61,237 nucleotides of DNA from a virus (IMGVR_UViG_3300042939_000506:1-61237); one strand, 5' to 3'. Positions 9,252 to 19,066 are shown, counted from the first letter of the stretch. Made by a program: numbers and translations. Notes: generated by a model not told the origin, from the letters alone.

Positions 9252-10552
9252 CCGGCCTCCCCGACCCCATCACCGATGCCAACGGAATCACCTGGTATCG
9301 ACCCGACTTCGACGGCAAGTCCCCTCCCCCGATCTGGGGCTGGACGTCGCAGACCGAGCAGGCTCATCCGGCCTATCTCGCATCCCCCGAAAGAAAGGCA
9401 CCACCGCCCATGACCGAACTTGATGCCAACGGCATCCCTGACCGCGGTCGGTACACCGACTACAGCAGGTATCCGCTGCCGGCCACCCCGCCTCGGGAGG
9501 ACGTGCAGTTCGACTCCTGGGGCCGCTACAAGCTGCCCTCACCGACCACCGGCAGGCTGACCTCCTACAGCCGCGCCACCACACTGTCCTCCGCGACAGC
9601 CGACCATTTCCATCTCGGTCAGTGGCGCATCCGCTCCAAGGTGCAGGCCGTCCTCGCGGCCCAGCAGCACGCCCTGGCAGTGCAGTCCGGGGACGCCGAC
9701 AACCTCACCGACAACGAAATGGCCATGGCCTGCACGTTCAACGAACTGCAGACCGCCATGACCAACGGGTCCTCGTCGAAGAAGATCAACGACCTCATCG
9801 ACCTCATCGACGACTTCAACGGCGCGGCTGACTCCCGCGAACTGGGCCAGTTCGTCCATGACTGGATCGGGGAGTTGGACATGGGCCGCGCCCTGCTGCA
9901 CCAGCTTCCCGAGCAGGCGCAGCCCTATGCACGCAGCTACCAGGCCGCGTTGCAGAAAGCCGGTCTGATCGCGGTGCCCGAATACGTCGAACGGGTGGTT
10001 CTCAACGACCAGGGCGAGGAGACAGTCGCCGGGCGCATTGACCGGCTGTACTGGCACGTCGAGTCCAAGCGGCTGCTGCTGGGCGACCTCAAGACCTCCA
10101 AGACGCTGGACTTCTCGCTGATGGAGTACGCCATGCAGTTCGCGGTGTACGGCTACGCGACCCTCATGCTGGGGCTGGACGGGCTGACGTGGGAGGAAAT
10201 GCCCAAGATCGACCAGGACTTCTGCGTGGTGGTCCACCTGCCGTCAGATCAGCCTGAACGGGCCTCCGTGGTGCCTTTCGACCTGTTCGCCGGGGGTGAG
10301 GGTCTTATCACCGCCATGCAGGTGCGCCGTCAACGCCGGGAGATCCCCAAGCGGGTCCTCTCCCACACCCTCCCCACGACCGGGGAGGACACCATTCGCT
10401 ATGTCCAAGCGCGGCAAGCGATCCAGAACATCACGAGTGTCGATGACGCCATCGCTGTTCGTGAGCAGTACCAGGACGTCTGGAATGACGACCTGGATGA
10501 GTTCGGAACACAGTGTTTCGGACTTCTCGCCACTACCGATGAGGAGAACTGA
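9248..10552 (+). CDS. PD-(D/E)xK (RecB/Cas4-like) exonuclease
   Basis: GQFVH, VERVV, AGRIDRL, GDLKTS, QFAVY motifs; start may be ATG 9410. Confidence 0.85.
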   Translation: MTGLPDPITDANGITWYRPDFDGKSPPPIWGWTSQTEQAHPAYLASPERKAPPPMTELDANGIPDRGRYTDYSRYPLPATPPREDVQFDSWGRYKLPSPTTGRLTSYSRATTLSSATADHFHLGQWRIRSKVQAVLAAQQHALAVQSGDADNLTDNEMAMACTFNELQTAMTNGSSSKKINDLIDLIDDFNGAADSRELGQFVHDWIGELDMGRALLHQLPEQAQPYARSYQAALQKAGLIAVPEYVERVVLNDQGEETVAGRIDRLYWHVESKRLLLGDLKTSKTLDFSLMEYAMQFAVYGYATLMLGLDGLTWEEMPKIDQDFCVVVHLPSDQPERASVVPFDLFAGGEGLITAMQVRRQRREIPKRVLSHTLPTTGEDTIRYVQARQAIQNITSVDDAIAVREQYQDVWNDDLDEFGTQCFGLLATTDEEN

Positions 10553-10554
10553 CA

Positions 10555-11040
10555 ATGGCGACCAACCCTTTCGACAAGAGCAACGGCACCGCCACCAAGG
10601 CACGCGGTGGTCTGGCGGCGGTGGGCAGCGACGGTGAGCCCACGTCGCTGGACAATTCCGGCAGCCCCTTCGCCATGCCGCCCAGCGGCGGTGGCGGTGA
10701 CTACCGGATCAGCGAGTTCCTCGGGGAACTGCTGCTGATCCAGCCGTTGGAGGAAGTGACGATCAACACCAAGATCGCCCCGGACTCCCCGGCGATCCGC
10801 TGCAACGTCATCCGGCTGGACAACGACAACGAGCAGGTCGACGACCTGCTGGTGTTCCAGGTGGCTTTGCGGAACACGCTCCGCAAGATCATGCGCGGCC
10901 CGAACTCCTGGGTGATCGGGCGGCTGGAACTGGGCGAGGCCAAGAACGGCAAGAGTGCCCCGTACCAGCTGTCGGACAAGCTGACGCAGGAGGAAGTCGA
11001 CAACGCCCGAAAGGTGATGACGCACCTCGGGTTAGGCTGA
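10555..11040 (+). CDS. Conserved replication-region protein, possibly ssDNA-binding
   Basis: GAGGAG RBS; follows the exonuclease; function inferred from position only. Confidence 0.6.
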   Translation: MATNPFDKSNGTATKARGGLAAVGSDGEPTSLDNSGSPFAMPPSGGGGDYRISEFLGELLLIQPLEEVTINTKIAPDSPAIRCNVIRLDNDNEQVDDLLVFQVALRNTLRKIMRGPNSWVIGRLELGEAKNGKSAPYQLSDKLTQEEVDNARKVMTHLGLG

Positions 11041-11082
11041 CGGCTGCCCCTGCTGGTTTAGTCCCCCGCAGCAGGGTCAACG

Positions 11083-11118
11083 ACAAAGCCCCCGGCCCAT
11101 TAGGGCCGGGGGCTTTGT
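11083..11118. terminator. Bidirectional intrinsic terminator
   Basis: ACAAAGCCCCCGGCCC-ATTA-GGGCCGGGGGCTTTGT between converging operons. Confidence 0.9.
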
Positions 11119-11237
11119 GCTGTCATCCCTCGACACTGAACAGCTTAGAGCACAGCCATGGAACATCACCGCATTGGGGTCTGTGTGCCCCGTAGAGCCA
11201 CGATCTTCCCTGGATGGTGTTCTGGTACTTGGCAGCC

Positions 11238-11936
11238 TCAGATGATCGGCAGGACAAGCATCCTGACAAACGCGGAAGCCAGCAGCAGGAACGCCAACGA
11301 CCCCAACGCCAACTGAATCTTCGGCCCGGAGAACTTGGTGGCCACACTCCCGAAGAACAGCACCAACGCGAACATGATCGTCAGCATGGTGTACCGGCTT
11401 GAGGTGGCACCGTAGATGCTGGACTCGGCCAGCAACTCCTCCGCTTTCGCCGCGAACTGTTCGGACTTCTCCTGCCCCGGAGGGATATACGAGTCCAACC
11501 CCATCGGTGTTCCCTTGGGGAGTTTCCCGTTGACCGGGTTGCCGTCCTCGTCCCGCAAGGTTCTCCCGAACCAGGCGTCCTGGGCCTCATCCAGTTCCGG
11601 GGAGAAACGTTCATGGATGAACGCGGCGAAATCATCCCGGCCCAGCAGGACAGCTTTCTGCCACTCGATCCACACGCTGGCATCCACCGAGGTCTGTTCC
11701 GCGCCACGCGCAGCCCACCGGCTTGAGTCCGCACGCAACACCGTGGACTCCGACACCAAACTGGAACCCCTACCGCCCCAACGGGAAGCCTCAAACGAGG
11801 CCCACGTCGCGGAGATCGCGGCCACAGCCATGAGAACGGCCATGATGTTCTCAAACCACCGCTGCCGGCGCTCAGGAACGGTTTCGTCGTGCGTCTTGGG
11901 AGCGGTGCTGAACAGGAACTCGCGGATCGTGGTCAT
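11238..11936 (-). CDS. Membrane protein (one N-terminal and two C-terminal TM segments)
   Basis: Hydrophobic IMAVLMAVAAISATWA and two C-terminal helices; ATG 11936 coupled to upstream stop. Confidence 0.75.
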   Translation of the reverse strand: MTTIREFLFSTAPKTHDETVPERRQRWFENIMAVLMAVAAISATWASFEASRWGGRGSSLVSESTVLRADSSRWAARGAEQTSVDASVWIEWQKAVLLGRDDFAAFIHERFSPELDEAQDAWFGRTLRDEDGNPVNGKLPKGTPMGLDSYIPPGQEKSEQFAAKAEELLAESSIYGATSSRYTMLTIMFALVLFFGSVATKFSGPKIQLALGSLAFLLLASAFVRMLVLPII

Positions 11937-12124
11937 TGTTCGGTGTCCACCTTCGACGCGGCTTCCATCATCTCCCACGCCGCGTCCTTCTCATCCGCGC
12001 TGGCCTGGCAGTGCGCCAAGTGATACACCGCCAGCGCGTCGGAATACACCAGCATCGACTCAAACTCCATCGAGTCGTCGAGGTCGGCGTAGTGCTCGTT
12101 GCAGGCTGCGCACACCACTCTCAT
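11933..12124 (-). CDS. Small hypothetical protein (CxxC...HxxxC)
   Basis: AGGAG RBS, ATGA coupling; MRVVCAACNEHY...HLAHC. Confidence 0.65.
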   Translation of the reverse strand: MRVVCAACNEHYADLDDSMEFESMLVYSDALAVYHLAHCQASADEKDAAWEMMEAASKVDTEQ

Positions 12125-12747
12125 CGCGGGGGTGCTCCTGCGCTGAAGCGCATCATGTAAGACAGCCCGGTCTGAATGACGGTCTTGACCATCATGACGC
12201 CCACAATCGTCCACAGTTCAGCGGAGAAAAGATCAGCGTCCGGGCCGATCAGCATTGCCATCCCCGCGAACACCGCCATTCCGATGTCCAGTGCCGCGCC
12301 CTGGATGAACGTCCTGGTGGTGGCCGGTCCCCCGGAGAACGCCGCCTCAAGGTTGTCGGACTGTTCTTCGACTTCCTCAGCGACTTCTGCTTTGACCATC
12401 TTGGCGATGGCACGCTGCGTTCCGGCCTGCATGGAGTCTTTGTTCTCGACCACCGACTGGGTGATGGCCTGCCGGATGGCTTCGCGCAGTTCGGTGCCGA
12501 TGTCCACCTTGACGGTTTCCCCGGTCTGCGGGTTTCGGGCCACCACCGGAGGCAGATCCGGCTGCATCTGCTGAGCCGGTTGCGAGTATGGCTGCGGATA
12601 TGGCTGCGGGTACGGCTGCCCAGCCGGGGGCACATACGGCGGCACCGGGCTGGGTGTGTAGGTGTAGTTCGGGGGCGGTTGAGGGGGAGGCTGAGCCGGC
12701 GGCTGCCCGTTGGGGTTCTGGGGCGGGTTGTCCCACGGCATTGACAT
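12121..12747 (-). CDS. Probable holin with Pro/Gln-rich N-terminus
   Basis: Directly after lysin; RTFIQG followed by two TM segments. Confidence 0.65.
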   Translation of the reverse strand: MSMPWDNPPQNPNGQPPAQPPPQPPPNYTYTPSPVPPYVPPAGQPYPQPYPQPYSQPAQQMQPDLPPVVARNPQTGETVKVDIGTELREAIRQAITQSVVENKDSMQAGTQRAIAKMVKAEVAEEVEEQSDNLEAAFSGGPATTRTFIQGAALDIGMAVFAGMAMLIGPDADLFSAELWTIVGVMMVKTVIQTGLSYMMRFSAGAPPR

Positions 12748-14066
12748 CAGAAGCTGCCTCGCACGTTCTCGTACAGTTCGCGGGCGTTGATCCCGGCTTT
12801 TTCTGCCAGGGCGAACACCAAAGCCTGCGTGAGCAGACCCTCGGCTCGCAGCGACAGCAGCGTGCCTTCTAAGTCGTCGGCTTGTGAATGATGGAACGGC
12901 CTACCTGTGAGCGGAGTCGGCATCATTGTCGGCGGCGGCTCATGATGCACAGGCGGTGGCTCAGGTGCCGGTTCGTGCACAGGCGGCGGCGGCTCGTGAT
13001 GCACACCCGGTTCGTTGGAGCCGTCCAGCACCGGCAGCGGGTCCACCTTCGCCCCCGGATCGTAACCACGCGGCATATACGACAGATGCAGATGCGCGGC
13101 CACACCACCGTTGGTGCCCTCGTTGGGGTTGATGATGCCGATCTGCTGACCCGCTTGGACTTTCGCACCCACAGTGAGCGCGTGCTCCCGAACGATGTGG
13201 CCGTACTCCCACACCCCGCCACCCTGCGAATCGTCGGAGTCGATGACGAGCCAACCGCACGGGTCCGGGCCGCCGTAACCAGCTGCGGCACCGGAGAAGA
13301 TGACCGTCCCCGACTGCACCGCGAACACCGGGCGGTCCCCAGCACCGCCGTTGAACCCGAAGTCCACCCCGGTGTGGATTGTCCCCCACCGAGGCCCGAA
13401 CGGGCTGGTGACAATCCGATCCGCGGTGACCGGCCAGAACCGGCCCTGAGTTGCAACTGGGGCGGGACCGGGCAGCGCCGGGGCGTGGACGCTGCCGTGG
13501 GGCCGCGCCCAGATGTAACCCTTGCCCGCTGCGAGCAGAACGGTCTGCGCCAAGGTCAGCCAATAGCCCCACTTGCCGGGTGTTGACGGGCCACCGGAGT
13601 CGGTGATCCACACCGCCTGCTGGTTGTCCTCGTCGCTGTATCCATGTGCGCTGACGTAGTGGTAGGTGGTTCCGAAGTTGTAGAAACTCGGTGCCGGGCC
13701 GGAACCTTTGATCGGGAACGGGATGTTGTTCTGCGGGGCGACAAAGTTGATGACCAGGCCGAAACCGGCGTCAACGCTGGTTCGCAGGTTGTTCCAGAAG
13801 GTTTCAACCTCGTCCTGCGTTGGTGGGTCGTTGGGGAGCGACACGGTGATGTAGTCGGCGTTGTGGACGTACTCATTGAGCACACGCTCGATGAGGCCGA
13901 GGTGGTCGGTGCCGCCTTCATGTGTCTGGCACTTTGCGGCCAGAATGTGTTCCTCGACGTGGATGCCCCTGTCCGACAAACACATCTGTGCGCTGGCTGG
14001 ACCACACCAATATCCGGTTTCCTGTGCCGCCAGATCGGCGTTGTACGGAAGGATCTTCTCGGTCAC
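12747..14066 (-). CDS. lysA: Lysin A: C39-like peptidase + M23 peptidase
   Basis: QETGYWCGPAS (C39-like); HTGVDFG, YGH and HLH (M23); HEPPP linker; start reset to GTG 14066. Confidence 0.9.
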   Translation of the reverse strand: MTEKILPYNADLAAQETGYWCGPASAQMCLSDRGIHVEEHILAAKCQTHEGGTDHLGLIERVLNEYVHNADYITVSLPNDPPTQDEVETFWNNLRTSVDAGFGLVINFVAPQNNIPFPIKGSGPAPSFYNFGTTYHYVSAHGYSDEDNQQAVWITDSGGPSTPGKWGYWLTLAQTVLLAAGKGYIWARPHGSVHAPALPGPAPVATQGRFWPVTADRIVTSPFGPRWGTIHTGVDFGFNGGAGDRPVFAVQSGTVIFSGAAAGYGGPDPCGWLVIDSDDSQGGGVWEYGHIVREHALTVGAKVQAGQQIGIINPNEGTNGGVAAHLHLSYMPRGYDPGAKVDPLPVLDGSNEPGVHHEPPPPVHEPAPEPPPVHHEPPPTMMPTPLTGRPFHHSQADDLEGTLLSLRAEGLLTQALVFALAEKAGINARELYENVRGSF

Positions 14067-14093
14067 ACCGCGAGCGTAGAAATCGGCAGTGCA

Positions 14094-14149
14094 TTGAAAA
14101 TGCCTCCGTGTGCCTGTATTGTGTGAGGAGAGGCAGGGATCAGCCCGCC
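14094..14149 (+). promoter_or_regulatory. Promoter TTGAAA-17-TATTGT plus AGGCAGGG...CCCGCC leader
   Basis: Hexamers at 14094 and 14117; leader at 14131. Confidence 0.75.
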
Positions 14150-14171
14150 TCACGTTGGAAGGAACCGACAC

Positions 14172-14579
14172 ATGGCAAGGCCGCAAACAACCCGAGACAT
14201 CGAAATCAAAGATGTCGACTTCGGCGTCATCTACTTCGGGCAGATCGCCACCATGCCGGCGCTGCTCAAGGGATACAGCGTCTTTCTGGAAGCCGTGGAG
14301 AAATCCGGGGCCAGAGTGGAGCAGCGTTACGACGGTGCCCACTTCTACCGGCACCCCACTCAAGCGGAAATGCAGGACCAGCTTCGCGCAGCCCAGGACC
14401 GCTGGGACGAGGGGCAGAAGTATTACGAGACCATCGCCGCGGTAGGGGAAACCGAATACCCCTACCAGTTCAACCAGGCGAAATCCTGGGCCGAACAGGA
14501 GGGTCTGCAGTTCCCGCCTGACCACGACCCCATCACGGCCATCGACGTGGTGATTCGTGACGAGGAGGCTCAGCGATGA
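14172..14579 (+). CDS. Hypothetical protein
   Basis: GGAAGGA RBS; first gene after promoter. Confidence 0.8.
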   Translation: MARPQTTRDIEIKDVDFGVIYFGQIATMPALLKGYSVFLEAVEKSGARVEQRYDGAHFYRHPTQAEMQDQLRAAQDRWDEGQKYYETIAAVGETEYPYQFNQAKSWAEQEGLQFPPDHDPITAIDVVIRDEEAQR

Positions 14580-15121
14580 GCAGCCCCTTCGTCCCTCAGA
14601 CCGAACCATCCATCAGTGACCGGCAGATCAGCTTCCTCACTGACCTGACCCGCAAGTACATGCAGCTCAACGGCCACAGCGCAGAGGAAATCGAGGACGC
14701 GCTGACCGCCACAGGGAACCGCCACATCGCCGGTCTGACCAAAACCGCTGCCAGCGAAGCCATCGACAAGAAACTCGATCAGATCAAGAAAATGGAAAAC
14801 GAACTGGTCGAGGAAGAACAGTCCGTCGACAATCGCATTGACGGGTTCTGGGAACTGGCTGACGGCAGAATCGTCAAGGTTCAGTACGCGGTGCACGGGT
14901 CAGGCCGCGCCTACGGAAAGCTTCTCAATACCGTCAGCGGCGGGTTCGATTACGCCCCCGGTATCGTCAGCGAGGTGCGACGGGATGGTACCCGGCTGAC
15001 TTTGGACCGGGCCAAAGAACTCGGCCACCTCTACGGAATGTGCATCCGCTGCGGGGCCACTCTGACTGACGAGGCCAGCATCGAGGCAGGTATCGGGCCG
15101 GTGTGCGCCACTAAGTTTTAA
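14576..15121 (+). CDS. Protein with C-terminal zinc finger (DUF6011-like)
   Basis: CIRCGATLTDEASIEAGIGPVC. Confidence 0.8.
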   Translation: MSSPFVPQTEPSISDRQISFLTDLTRKYMQLNGHSAEEIEDALTATGNRHIAGLTKTAASEAIDKKLDQIKKMENELVEEEQSVDNRIDGFWELADGRIVKVQYAVHGSGRAYGKLLNTVSGGFDYAPGIVSEVRRDGTRLTLDRAKELGHLYGMCIRCGATLTDEASIEAGIGPVCATKF

Positions 15122-15192
15122 CCCACCGTCAGCCCAGGTGCGGCGCACAGCCGCATCTGGGCTGACACGACCTCCGTGAACAGGAGACACCC

Positions 15193-15564
15193 ATGTCGAA
15201 ACAACCGAGCGACTACGCGCAAGGATGGGGCGAGTTGATTCGCGCCCACCGCGTTTATATCGGGATCAGCCAACGGACGTTGGCCGGGAAGCTGCAGATG
15301 AGCGAACGCAGCCTCTCCGACATCGAAGTGGGCCGGCGAGCCTGCCCACCGGGTTTCCTCAACGCTGTTCAAGAAGTCGCTCAGCAGTTCTACGGTGACG
15401 TGAAGAAAGTCACCGACGCCGCAGACGATGATCTGGTCGCCAGCAGCGGAGGGTGGTTTGAGTTGCCGGTCAGTGCCGACCCGAAACAGGAGTGGACTCG
15501 GGCGGTGGTGGCACGCGCAGCTGTCGAGAACGGCAACATCATGCCGGTGCTAATCGCCACTTAA
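15193..15564 (+). CDS. XRE-family helix-turn-helix protein
   Basis: IRAHRVYIGISQRTLAGKLQMSERSLSDIEVGRR; AGGAG RBS. Confidence 0.85.
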   Translation: MSKQPSDYAQGWGELIRAHRVYIGISQRTLAGKLQMSERSLSDIEVGRRACPPGFLNAVQEVAQQFYGDVKKVTDAADDDLVASSGGWFELPVSADPKQEWTRAVVARAAVENGNIMPVLIAT

Positions 15565-15620
15565 ACACCACCCTTGATCGGTATTCTGCTAGTCGATACC
15601 CCGACTGGCAGGAGACCGTC

Positions 15621-15836
15621 ATGCCCGACACCTCGGACAAGAAACGCAAGATAGCGCGGTATTTGTCCCGATCAGAGGTAGCCGAATACCTGGGGCTGGC
15701 CGGGGTCAAGTCGCTGTCGAGGGTGGAGCTTCCACCCCACGACGCGGAAATCGGCATCTACAAGGGGTGGCTTCCCGCCACCATTGACCGGTGGAACGCC
15801 ACCAGGCCGGGTCGTGGCCGGTGGGGTGCTCGTTAA
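15621..15836 (+). CDS. Small HTH DNA-binding protein (excisionase-like)
   Basis: YLSRSEVAEYLGL...LPPHDA..GWLPATIDRW..RPGRG; AGGAG RBS. Confidence 0.8.
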   Translation: MPDTSDKKRKIARYLSRSEVAEYLGLAGVKSLSRVELPPHDAEIGIYKGWLPATIDRWNATRPGRGRWGAR

Positions 15837-16072
15837 CTTTCAACGGGCGGGACGGAGTTCTCCACTCCGATGGTGTTCTCCGCTTCCCGCAGCACTGCCG
15901 CCAGCGCGTTGGCCCTGGCCTCGTCGGTCGGGTCGTCGACCTGCACTTCCTCCGGGGTGGTTGACCACGCCTCTTTGACTTCCTCGGCGATTTCGGGGTG
16001 CGCGGCGATCACCGCCAGCAGAGCGGCGTGCTTGGCCTGAAGGTCGGCGAAAACCTCGTCATACCGTGCCAT
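15833..16072 (-). CDS. Small hypothetical protein
   Basis: AAGGAG RBS; last gene of tail operon. Confidence 0.7.
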   Translation of the reverse strand: MARYDEVFADLQAKHAALLAVIAAHPEIAEEVKEAWSTTPEEVQVDDPTDEARANALAAVLREAENTIGVENSVPPVES

Positions 16073-16084
16073 TGCTGTTTCTCC

Positions 16085-17869
16085 TTACCACGTCTGTAGT
16101 GCGATTCGTTTCCATTGGTTGTCGGCCACGGCGATGTAGAGCCAGTTGTTGTCGACGGCGTACATTCCCCGCCTGCCAGGATCGTTGTTGCGTACCGGAG
16201 GAACGACACGAGTGCCCGGCACCTGCACTTGCTCGTTCATCCCCTCTTGGTTAATCGCAATCTTGGAGAAGATCGACATTGTGCTGTCGGGACCGCCGGC
16301 GTTGATGGAAGTGCAGACCACATCTCCGCTGGCGAACACCTCAAAGACGTTCGACGGAGGCCCGTTGAGGTAGGGCATACAAGTTATCAGAGACACATCT
16401 TCGGCACCGGGACCCTCGATCCTCGGGCTCAAGGTCATCACGCCGTGCAATGGGGAGGAAATCGACGTTCTGACGATCTTCGGGTTGATGGACAAAGCCT
16501 GCTGAGAAGCGGTTTCGCTGTTGAGGACGCTCTCCTGGCCCAGTGTGATCTTGGTGGTCGGTGTGGCGGCGGCGGTCCAGTTCACCACCATTCCCCCGGT
16601 GGCCGAGATCGTGGGGTTGTTGATTGTCGGGGACTGGATCGTCTTGTTCGACAGTGTGACGATGTTCCCGGCGGTGGCAACCTGATTCGCCGCAACAATC
16701 TGGCTGGTGATGTTGGTATTGCCGGTTGTGGTGGCGTACACGTTGCCGCGCAGGGCAGCAAGTACCAGATGCGAGGTACCCGCCGCCGTGTCGATGCCGT
16801 TCGACGTAATCAACTGCGTGCCACCCTTGCGGGTGCGTGTCACGAACTGTGCGTCACAATCGGCGGTCAAATCGTGCCGGAACCCAATTGCGATCGGTTT
16901 ACCAGACGCGCTACTGAACGGCGAACCCTCAGGATTCAACCACTCCCGCGCATCCAAAATCTGGAAATAACCAGGGTTCCGGCGCGGAGGATCAATACCC
17001 GCCGCGATGTCAGCATCGTTGAAACCAGGATCAGGCACCCGAATCGCAGTGATCTCAGGGCGTCCCAACTCCGGTTCGTCCATCAGGTAGTCCCGCACCC
17101 ACGTTTCAAGGCGAGCCTTGAACACCTGCCACGGCGACACCTTCACGACCTTCGGATTGACCTTCTCCGGGCCGAGCACCAAAATGTCGGTGTCGTCGGT
17201 GATCTCGTCAATCGGCTGCAGTGATCCGGCATCGAAAACGCCGTCAGAACCGTCAGCACCGTCCTTGCCGTCCGCACCGTCAGCACCGTCCTTGCCGTCC
17301 GCACCGTCGGCCCCGTCAGCACCGTCAGCACCGTCCTTGCCGTCCGCACCGTCGGCCCCGTCCTTGCCGGGAGGTCCCGGCGGGCCTGCGACCAGACCCG
17401 CCGCCAGCTGGCCGGGAACCCGCATCACCGTGACCAGATCCACCACCGCCCCGTCCTCGCACGGTGCCTGAAACACAAACGAGGCAATGGAGCCGGGCCG
17501 AGACCCGAACTTGATGTTGTGGAACGACACCTCGTAGAACAGCGGTGTCTCCAACGCCAACAGCGGCGAGTCACCGACCAGGCACACCCCGTCGGGAATG
17601 TCGACACAGCACTCGCAGCAGCCGGGGTGGCGCGGCTTCTTCTTGAGCCGGACCCGACCGTCCTCGTCGATCACACCGGTCACCGGGCTCAGGGCTATAC
17701 CGGCAGGGTTGGGTTCGGCGCTCAACGCTCGGATCAGGTCCCCGTTGGCCAGCATCGGAGAAAACCGGATGGTCCCGGTGATCGGGACCAGCTTGTCCGG
17801 GTCGGTGCAGTTCTCGGCGTTGAGGACGTAGAAATGCCCGACAGCGGTGAAGTGGTGCGGACTAGCCAT
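16085..17869 (-). CDS. Minor tail/tail fibre protein with collagen-like repeat
   Basis: GPPGPPGKDGADG repeats; C-terminal AVDNNWLYIAVADNQWKRIAL; GAGGA RBS before ATG 17869. Confidence 0.8.
   Translation of the reverse strand: MASPHHFTAVGHFYVLNAENCTDPDKLVPITGTIRFSPMLANGDLIRALSAEPNPAGIALSPVTGVIDEDGRVRLKKKPRHPGCCECCVDIPDGVCLVGDSPLLALETPLFYEVSFHNIKFGSRPGSIASFVFQAPCEDGAVVDLVTVMRVPGQLAAGLVAGPPGPPGKDGADGADGKDGADGADGADGADGKDGADGADGKDGADGSDGVFDAGSLQPIDEITDDTDILVLGPEKVNPKVVKVSPWQVFKARLETWVRDYLMDEPELGRPEITAIRVPDPGFNDADIAAGIDPPRRNPGYFQILDAREWLNPEGSPFSSASGKPIAIGFRHDLTADCDAQFVTRTRKGGTQLITSNGIDTAAGTSHLVLAALRGNVYATTTGNTNITSQIVAANQVATAGNIVTLSNKTIQSPTINNPTISATGGMVVNWTAAATPTTKITLGQESVLNSETASQQALSINPKIVRTSISSPLHGVMTLSPRIEGPGAEDVSLITCMPYLNGPPSNVFEVFASGDVVCTSINAGGPDSTMSIFSKIAINQEGMNEQVQVPGTRVVPPVRNNDPGRRGMYAVDNNWLYIAVADNQWKRIALQTW
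17240..17388 (-). repeat. Collagen-like G-X-Y coding repeat
   Basis: Repeated (GADGKD/GADGAD) units with near-identical 9-nt DNA blocks. Confidence 0.9.
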
Positions 17870-18173
17870 TCGATTCCTCTTTCTCAAGCACCGTGCGAAC
17901 ATCAGAAGGCCGGATAAGCTTGGTGCGGTCCTTGAGGACATGCGGGATCGTGCCGTCACCGACGAGCTTCTTCAACCGGTTCATGCTGATACCGGCCACC
18001 ACACCGGGAATGTGAGTCATCGGGATGGCGGTGTCGTCTTCTCCACGGCCCTCCACCCGGTCACCGTGATCTTCGGTGGAGCCTTCCGACCAGGATTTCC
18101 CGGCCAGCAGCAGCTTCGCCAGCGACTCTGGCAGGTCGACGTTGATTTCGCCGTTGGTGATTTCCATAGTCAC
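17862..18173 (-). CDS. Hypothetical protein with possible C-terminal excisionase-type HTH
   Basis: GISMNRLKKLVGDGTIPHV....KLIRPSDV; coupled to neighbours. Confidence 0.6.
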   Translation of the reverse strand: MTMEITNGEINVDLPESLAKLLLAGKSWSEGSTEDHGDRVEGRGEDDTAIPMTHIPGVVAGISMNRLKKLVGDGTIPHVLKDRTKLIRPSDVRTVLEKEESNG

Positions 18174-19066
18174 AGCACTTTCGGTGGAGCAGTGGCATGA
18201 ACGGTGATATGAGCGCTGGAGTAGGCGTTCGCCGGCTGCCCGCCGTGCAAGATGGCGTGCTCGTCGGTGGTGGTGTAGATGAGAACCCGCCGACCGCCGT
18301 TGTCATCAACCTCCCACAGCACCTGCGCGGGGCCGTTGGAGGTGTTGACGAACGTGCGCGAAGGGGTGGTGGGAACATGCACGAATCCGATCCAGCGGCG
18401 GTTGAACCCCGCAGCACCACCCACGTTTATCGAAGCTGCCCCGTTGTTGTCACCGCCCACATGATTGGAGGCAGTACGGTTGCTCATTGTCACCGAATTA
18501 GAGCGGAAAGCATACGTCGGATTACCGTCCTTGCCGGTCAAATCCGTTCCCGTTGTGCAGGTGATAACCACTTCCTGCGGTGTCTGCGAGGGGTCAGGGG
18601 TGATTGTCAGCCAGTAGCCCCGGATGGTTCCGCGAGTACGGTCAGCGGCCACGCTTGCGCTGTTGTACTCCGCAAAGAACGTGCAGTCTTTCCCGCCGTA
18701 AGTGACTTTCATCGTCCAAGTACTGCCGCCTGGAACAATAGGCGGGATCATGTAGGACACGAACACCAGCAGGAAATTGTCGTCCGGGCCGGGGGTGTGC
18801 AAATAACTGACGTTCATCGTTTTCGATGCCGTGATGAGCGAAGCGCCCTCACCAACAACAGGTGTGGGGATTCGGACGTTATCGGGAACCGGAACCAGAT
18901 GGGCGGGTAGCTCCGACTTCTTCACATAGTCCCGCAGGTCGGTTCTGGTGGCACACTCGGCGGCTGGCAGCACGCCCAGAGCGCGGGTCGGCACGGTGAT
19001 CTGCGTCGGATCGCCAGTGCGATTACGGTTTCCGATCATCGGGGCCATCTTGTTGCTTGCAGTCAC
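18170..19066 (-). CDS. Minor tail/virion accessory protein
   Basis: Gly/Thr/Asn-rich, beta-like sequence; GTGA coupling within tail operon. Confidence 0.65.
   Translation of the reverse strand: MTASNKMAPMIGNRNRTGDPTQITVPTRALGVLPAAECATRTDLRDYVKKSELPAHLVPVPDNVRIPTPVVGEGASLITASKTMNVSYLHTPGPDDNFLLVFVSYMIPPIVPGGSTWTMKVTYGGKDCTFFAEYNSASVAADRTRGTIRGYWLTITPDPSQTPQEVVITCTTGTDLTGKDGNPTYAFRSNSVTMSNRTASNHVGGDNNGAASINVGGAAGFNRRWIGFVHVPTTPSRTFVNTSNGPAQVLWEVDDNGGRRVLIYTTTDEHAILHGGQPANAYSSAHITVHATAPPKVL

Noticed and set aside
9248-10552. CRISPR-associated Cas4
   Set aside because: No array or other cas genes; an ordinary phage exonuclease in the replication module.
14067-14609. N-terminal extension of lysin A in the ORF track
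   Set aside because: Overlaps a + strand promoter and gene; lysin-like sequence begins at GTG 14066.
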